In this document: positions 56,504-64,000 of the stretch, piece by piece
Numbering within the stretch: position 1 is the stretch's first letter
Layout of the letters: each line of letters opens with the position of its first letter
Origin: Octopus vulgaris
Taxonomy: Eukaryota
Assembly: GCA_951406725.2 (NCBI GenBank)
Contig: OX597824.1
Location: 81,344,001-81,408,000, forward strand
Length of the DNA stretch: 64,000 nucleotides
Direction: 5' to 3'
Notes under the pieces: generated by a model
What the model was told of the DNA's origin: nothing
Databases searched by the model: none
The model's input: only the letters and a program-made list of their open reading frames with translations
Program-made: the position numbers and the translations under genes

Positions 56504-56641
56504 TTTATATTTCATTTCTGTCATTTCCGCATCTCGCTATTGAGGCGAAACGTCAGTATTTTGTCTAGATTGTTGCTGCCGTTGTTGTTCTTCTTGTTAT
56601 TTTCTTCTTCATGTCTTCTTCTTCTTCTTCTTCTTCTTCTT

Positions 56642-56763
<122 letters not shown>

Positions 56764-57244
56764 TGTCTCCTTCTTCCTCTTCTTCTATCTAGTCATCATT
56801 TTCCCTCGTTGTATTTTTCACATCGGTTTTCATTTCAATTTTCTGTCGGCAATACAACAAATTGAAATACATACACACAGACACGCACACACACATATGC
56901 ACGCGCGCACACACACATATATGCACATATACACAAATACGCATATATGTACGCATGCTCGTATTCATATTTATTGATATACACATATATATATATATAT
57001 ATACATACATTTATGTCTGTGTGTGTATGTAGGTTTATACCTATATATATATATATATATATATATATAACGATGATTTCCCTTTGCAATTACTAATTAG
57101 ACACAGTGTGTCGTTAGCCAGGTGGAGGAGATGTCATCCTGGGGTTAAAAACAATAGTAGCATCATCCTCTATGGGACCACCATATATAGTTGGCAAATA
57201 TACTTTACGATTCCGTTCTGCTACTTCTCGCTCAGATATATTGC

Positions 57245-57313
<69 letters not shown>

Positions 57314-57315
<2 letters not shown>

Positions 57316-57610
57316 TAGCAGTATCGCCCGGCGTTGCTCGGGTTTGTAAGGGAAATAACTATATAAGCATTTTTAGAGAGTTATAGCCAAAAAATAGCAA
57401 AAAAATGCATTAAAAATGGAAAAAAAATGATGGTAACATTTTTTTAAATCGTTGACTCATCGTAGACATTTTTAGAGAGTTACTTCCCTTATATAATAGC
57501 GAAAAAAATGCATTAAAATGGAAAAAAATGATGGTAAATTATTTTTAAAATCGTAGACGCGCGCTAATACCCAGAAGGGCTCGATATGAATCACGTCTAT
57601 AAGATACCCG
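57314..57610 (+). mobile_element. Helitron/Helentron-type non-autonomous element end
   Basis: ACTAGCAGTATCGCCCGGCGTTGCTCGGG terminus with short hairpin, next to (TA)n; internal tandem duplication of about 100 bp. Confidence 0.6.
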
Positions 57611-57895
57611 CTTATGTGTGTGTCTTCTGGAATCTCGGGCGTCCTCCATCCGATTGCGCTGAAATATGATATGTAGATACCGACGGTATCAAGGCGTGTA
57701 TAAGTCTTGAAAACGTTACAAAATTCGATTCCAGGTGAGAATGCGATCGATAAAGCCGTGGGAACGTGCATTTACCTCCAGCTAACCCATTTGCATGCAT
57801 CGTTTTTGTCCTGCTTTTCTTCCATCGACCTGTACATAACTGCACCTTTCATTTTTTGTTTTGTGTTCGGCCATTGTGACCTATAAAAGAGATTA

Positions 57896-57975
<80 letters not shown>

Positions 57976-57976
<1 letters not shown>

Positions 57977-59131
57977 GACTGTTCAATATTTGGTAGATAG
58001 AGGCAAATTTCTACTGCATCAGCTGCTACACCTCCGTGTTGCTGGGGTGTAAACAGCCCTGCGTGTTCGTTTCTGCTGTTGAGTGTGTACAAACTCTTCT
58101 CAGTACCATATCGTGATAGTTTTATTTTTTCTTTCGAGGTGTGGTAGATTCTTTTGTCGTCTATTGTGTGTTGAGTGTATAATACTTTCGTTACCTGGAG
58201 TGCTGGTGAAAGTATATTTCACTGGTTAAATGCTGTATAAAGTGTGTCTTGTATTAGTGGGTTGTTTACTTCAAGTTGTGTGGAGGCGCAATGGCCCAGT
58301 GGTTAGGGCAGCGGACTCGCGGTCGTAGGATCGCCGTTTCGATTCCCAGACCGGGCATTGTGAGTGTTTATTGAGCGAAAACACCTAAAGCTTCACAAGG
58401 CTCCGGCAGGGGGTGGTGGTGAACCCTGCTGTACTCTTTCACCACGACTTTCTCTCACTCTTTCTTCCTGTTTCTGTTGTACCTGTATTTCAAAGGGCCA
58501 GCCTTGTCACACTCTGTGTCACGCTGAATCTCCTCGAGAACTACGTTAAGGGTACACGTGTCTGTGGAATGCTCAGCCACTTGCACGTTAATTCCACGAG
58601 CAAGCTGTTCCGTTGATTCGGATCAACCGGAACCCTCATCGTCGTAACCGACGGAGTGCTCCATCATCATCACTTTAAGTTGTATTTTGGATTGATAGTG
58701 TCTTGCGTAGGATGTGGGCTATTTCTAGCAGGACTAGTTTTTGGACAGTGTTTAGCGCTGAAGACCCAGGTGTAGCTTCTACGTTTTTGTTCATGGATTT
58801 TTATCATGCCCAATTCTCCAGTTATTATTGGTACTGTTTTTACTTTCATGCCCCTCATTTTGAATACTTCAATTTCGAGGTCCTTGTACTTTGACAATTT
58901 CTACACTCCTTTATTGACAATATATTTTGATCAGAAGAGACTGCAACGTCTATCAGTAAGCAGGTGTTTTTCTCCAATCCGTAATCATTATGTCTGGGTG
59001 ATTAGCTTTCGTTTCTGTGTCAGCTTGAACCGGCATATTCCAGATGATTGTGACATGGTTGTTGGCTTTTATTTAGGCTCACTTCCTCTCTGTCAAACGT
59101 TGGAAGGTATTGCCCATGAAGTGATTTTTAT
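57976..59131 (-). mobile_element. Second R4/Dong-like 3' fragment, with putative 3'UTR and (TAA)n on both sides
   Basis: SKYKDLEIEVFKMRGMKVKTVPIITGELGMIK; interrupted by SINE C; 3'UTR extent inferred. Confidence 0.75.
58281..58670 (+). mobile_element. SINE family C, full length (tRNA-Arg(TCG)-like head; possibly an Octopus OR-type SINE)
   Basis: TSD ACTT(C/T)AAGTTGT at 58268 and 58672; (CAT)n tail. Confidence 0.92.
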
Positions 59132-59132
59132 C

Positions 59133-59189
<57 letters not shown>

Positions 59190-59258
59190 CATTATTATTG
59201 TTTTTTTCTTCTTCTTTCAAATTTGCATCCATTTCTTGCCGAGCGTCTTCCCGACTCC

Positions 59259-59316
<58 letters not shown>

Positions 59317-59317
59317 A

Positions 59318-59355
<38 letters not shown>

Positions 59356-59357
<2 letters not shown>

Positions 59358-59447
59358 TCTTACTCTTTTACTCTTTTACTTGTTTCAGTCATTTGACTGC
59401 GGCCATGCTGGAGCACCGCCTTTAATCGGGCAACTCGACCCCGGGAC

Positions 59448-59450
<3 letters not shown>
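59356..59450 (-). mobile_element. SINE family A 3' end inside (ATT)n
   Basis: CTCTTTTACTCTTTTACTTGTTTCAGTC...GACCCCGGGACTTATT. Confidence 0.85.
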
Positions 59451-59520
<70 letters not shown>

Positions 59521-59607
59521 CATCATTATTATAATTATCATCATTATTATTATCATCATTATTATCATTATCATTATAATTATTATTATTATTAACATCA
59601 TTATTAA

Positions 59608-59638
<31 letters not shown>

Positions 59639-60078
59639 TTCATCATCATCATCATCATCATCATCATTATTATTATTACCATTGTTATTTGTTATTACCA
59701 TTATTATTATTATTATTGTTGTTGTTGTTGTTGTTATTATTTTGTTGTTGTTGTTGTTGTAAGTTTTTTTCTTTTTTTTATGTTATTATGTATTATATTT
59801 GTCTCTTGTGTTTTTACTTATTCTGCATAGTAGTGGTTTTGCTGCATGCATTATAATCGTATATCAACCCGTACCACCAGCACCAGCACCACCACCGTCA
59901 CCAATACCAACACCACCACCACCACCATATTTTACATACTTCATCTGATGAGCTTGAGAAAACTCAGAAACGGTATCAGCCTAAATATAAATTGAAATAC
60001 ATAGACATTTAAATATGTACGTATATATATATATAAATATATATATATTGTAATATGTATATGTACATGCATATATAT

Positions 60079-60153
<75 letters not shown>

Positions 60154-60165
60154 CATATACATATT

Positions 60166-60242
<77 letters not shown>

Positions 60243-60572
60243 ATATATTTGTGGCATGGCTCTAACTAAAACTCGTAGAGGAAATAATAAGAACAATTGC
60301 TGCAACAAATAACAGACACGTCAACAATAAATATCAACAACACAAAATGTTAGTTCGCAACAACAAAATCTCTGACAATGTCGGTAACAAACAGCTGCCA
60401 CCATCATCAGAAAACAACAAAAGCAATAGAGTATAGTTATTATTCACGCTACACTATTCCCTAAGTAGGACATGTTGTGCATCGATAAAAAAATTAGACG
60501 AGAAAGCTTTTAGCATTTCAAATACATACAAGAAACGTATATATGAACTTTGTGTATTTGTTTGCACATATG

Positions 60573-60606
<34 letters not shown>

Positions 60607-60976
60607 TGAATGTTTTTATCTATGTATGTTTATATGTATGTATGTGTGCATGTATGTATATATATGTACACATATATATATACATATATATATATATAAT
60701 ATGTAATATATTTATGAAGATATATATATTCATGTATATATCATATATGTATATAAATACGCACACATGTATATATTACACACACATATACATATGTTTA
60801 TCTGCAATGATATATATGTTATATAAGTGTGTCTTTGTATGTGCTTGCAAAAATATATATCCACACACACACACACATACACATATATATATAATTATAT
60901 ACACATCTATATATGTGTGTGAGTGTGCGTGTGTGTTTATGTGTACGTATTTGTAATTATGTATGTATATATCTAC

Positions 60977-61032
<56 letters not shown>

Positions 61033-61075
61033 ATATATATATATATATATCTGAGTGTATGTGCGTATGTTGTGC

Positions 61076-61131
<56 letters not shown>

Positions 61132-61234
61132 AACAAAATAATAAATAAAACATATGCATATATACATACATATATGTACATACCTACATCTATATGTATA
61201 TATACATGCTTATATGGGTACAGGACACCAAATT

Positions 61235-61287
<53 letters not shown>

Positions 61288-61937
61288 GTATATTGATATA
61301 CATATAAACATATATATATATCAGTTGTATGCGTGTGTGTGTATATATATATATATGTGTGTGTATATTAGGCGCGTATACTCTAATAACATTTAAGACA
61401 AATTCGTTTCGCTAAATCACTATTTGAATTCTCAATCTCCTAGTTTGTTCCAGTAATCAGTACAACCCAATTTTCAAACACAACCGTTTGTGATTCATCC
61501 ATGCCCTTGGGAAATTGTAGTGAAATATTGCGTTAATTTACACAATGTTTCACTAAGCATTCAGAATTGGAAATATTTGCTTTCTCTTTGCCATCAAAGA
61601 TATTCTAGAATAGTATTCGCTTTAGTTTATTTTTCTGTATGTAGTAATTCCCTTAGAACGCATTTTAAAAAAAGATGCGAGCATGGATGCCTGCATTTTT
61701 CTGTGAATGTGTGTGATGTGGTCGAATTTATTAATGTGTTTTGTGAGGTACGTTTGCTTGAATATATACGTAGATGTGTTCGCAGAGACACACGCACTCA
61801 CACACACAAAGACACACACAAAGACACACGTAGAGACAAATACACGCAGTTGTATATGATTGACTATTCATCAGTTTCTTTGTCAATTGCTCACAGATCT
61901 CTCTTTTCTTTCTCTCAATCTTCAACAATCCACCTAA

Positions 61938-62006
<69 letters not shown>

Positions 62007-62267
62007 AATCTATCTATCTGTCTGTCTGTCTGTCTGTCCGTCTATCTTTCTCGCGCTTTCTCTCAAAATGTATATATATATATATACATACATACATGCA
62101 TACATGCGTATATACATATATATATATATGTGTGTGTGTATGTGTGTGTGTGTGTGTGTTTATGTTTCCATATACGTACATAAAATTTAATGACTGAATG
62201 TATTAATTATTTGATTAAGTGAAAATACCTGCTAACACAGTCTGTGACTTTATCGGTGATAATGTTG

Positions 62268-62341
<74 letters not shown>

Positions 62342-62480
62342 ACAGGCTCCATGCCAAACTGTTTACGGTATGTTGAAAACGTGGTGGGTGGTTGAAATTT
62401 AAGGCATGGGCCTTAGGAGCCTAGTTCGATTTGTTTGCTCCGCCTCTTTCTGTTTTCTTTTTTCCAACGGATTTCCTATT

Positions 62481-62534
62481 TTCCTGAAGAGAAAGACAAT
62501 CTCATTCGAATTTGAAATTTTCAAACGTGTAGAA
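62481..62534 (+). ncRNA. Degenerate minimal hammerhead motif
   Basis: TTC-CTGAAGA-GAAA...TTTC-[G missing]AAAC-GT-GTA-GAA. Confidence 0.45.
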
Positions 62535-63407
62535 TGAAAAACGCGATTTTGTTCAATCTTCGAGGGGCTTCATTCAGTTTCTCCGACAGGTTTGCTTCAG
62601 TTTCAGTCTACCAGATTCGATCACAAGATTTGGCCGATCCGAAGCTATAGTTGAAAACATTTGCCCCTAAGTTGCCATATAATGGCAATGAATCTGGAAC
62701 CTCGTGCTTGGGAAGCAAGCTTTTTACCACACATCCACGCCTGTTTTTCACAAGTTTGTGATATCCGTTGGCCGCAAACCTTTTTCAGGAAGACCTAACG
62801 ATTTTGTTTTCAGATGTATTAATTTCCTTTTTTTGTTAGGGCAGAATTTGAACTCAGAATGCGCAAAAGTAGTGACACGACAATCTAATAATTCTGCCAT
62901 TCCTCTATCCTGGACTGCCCGGCCTCATCTTTTTTAATGAAGTAGATCCCGAAATGATAACAGGGAAATTTTCACCCTGCTGAGATTTGAACTCTGGACA
63001 CAGAAAGTCAGAACAAATACTGCGAGATATTCTATTATGCACTCGAACCAATCTGCCAGTTCACCGCTTTATTAATATACTCTATAAGTGAAATATTGAT
63101 TTTTGTGTGATAGATTCGATCTGCCGCGTGTTTTAACATTACCATCACTTGACCCTTGGGTGTCTTTAGTCGAGTCTACTCTTTTTGAATCACTCGTGCC
63201 TGGTCTCCCGAAAGGGATTAGCATTATTCCTTCCTCCCGCTTCTGTTGAAGGCTCTGAAATAGGTCATGGTCACTGCCTATCTTCTCTGACTCAGCCATC
63301 AAAGAATAAAAATAAACGAAAATAAAGATAACAAAACGTGTAAATGATTTCGAATTCGATAACAGAATTATTTCTTTAAAAAAAGACTAAAAAACAAATT
63401 GAGAGAG

Positions 63408-63409
63408 AT

Positions 63410-63482
<73 letters not shown>

Positions 63483-63615
63483 TGATAGATAAGTAGACAA
63501 ATAGACAGGTAGATAGATATGTAAATATACAGACAGACATATAGATAGATAGAAGGACAGAGAGACAGACAAACAGATAGATAGATAAATAGATAGATAG
63601 ACGGATGGATGGATT

Positions 63616-63682
<67 letters not shown>

Positions 63683-63710
63683 GAATAGATGGAGAGATAG
63701 ATAGACAGAG
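63408..63710. repeat. (GATA)n microsatellite complex
   Basis: Direct reading. Confidence 0.95.
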
Positions 63711-64000
63711 AGAATGAAGGTATAAAGAAATAGAAAAATGAAACGGGGGAAAAAAGGACTTTTAAAAGTGGGTGGTCATTATAAACCTCGGAGTTATTGA
63801 GAATAATTATATGTATCAGAGGTTGAAGCAATCAACAATGACAGCTTCTCACACCATTAACCGACTGCAACATCTGTATTTTCCATTTCATTTGCACGAC
63901 ATAAATGAAATTCACGAAATAATATTAAATCTTTCTTATTTATTTATATATCTATTTATTTATTTATTTAAGAATTTTTTTCTTTCACTATTTATTTCAC

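Noticed and set aside
58281-58355. tRNA-Arg gene
   Set aside because: Runs directly into a SINE body with TSD; it is a SINE head
63072-63302. 76-aa non-repetitive ORF
   Set aside because: Short, no recognisable homology or clear exon borders; kept only as a possible regulatory island

Overview
Very AT-rich, repeat-dominated animal genomic DNA, intergenic or deep intronic. The SINE families resemble those I recall from Octopus (coleoid cephalopod) genomes; this assignment is from memory, not a search. No host protein-coding gene can be supported, and nearly all ORFs in the track are translations of (TA)n, (TG)n, (TATG)n, (TATC)n, (ATT)n or (GAT)n microsatellites. Supported content: four tRNA-headed SINE families in many copies; a 5'-truncated R4/Dong-type non-LTR retrotransposon (RT, CCHC finger, restriction-like endonuclease) plus several older fragments, most next to (TAA)n; a decayed D,D34D mariner; a DD41D Tc1/mariner relic split by two SINEs; MITEs; a Helitron-like end; a tRNA-Ile(AAT) pseudogene; 34-bp and 54-bp minisatellites. 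Most interesting: (1) one SINE family forms head-to-tail multimers and self-insertions through two recurrent, nucleotide-precise junctions; (2) about 8-10 degenerate minimal hammerhead-ribozyme motifs sit in short AT-rich elements in or near (TA)n tracts (Penelope/retrozyme-like); (3) islands of unique sequence that look like cis-regulatory elements, one with Pbx-Hox/Meis sites and one with a splice-site-flanked 101-aa ORF.
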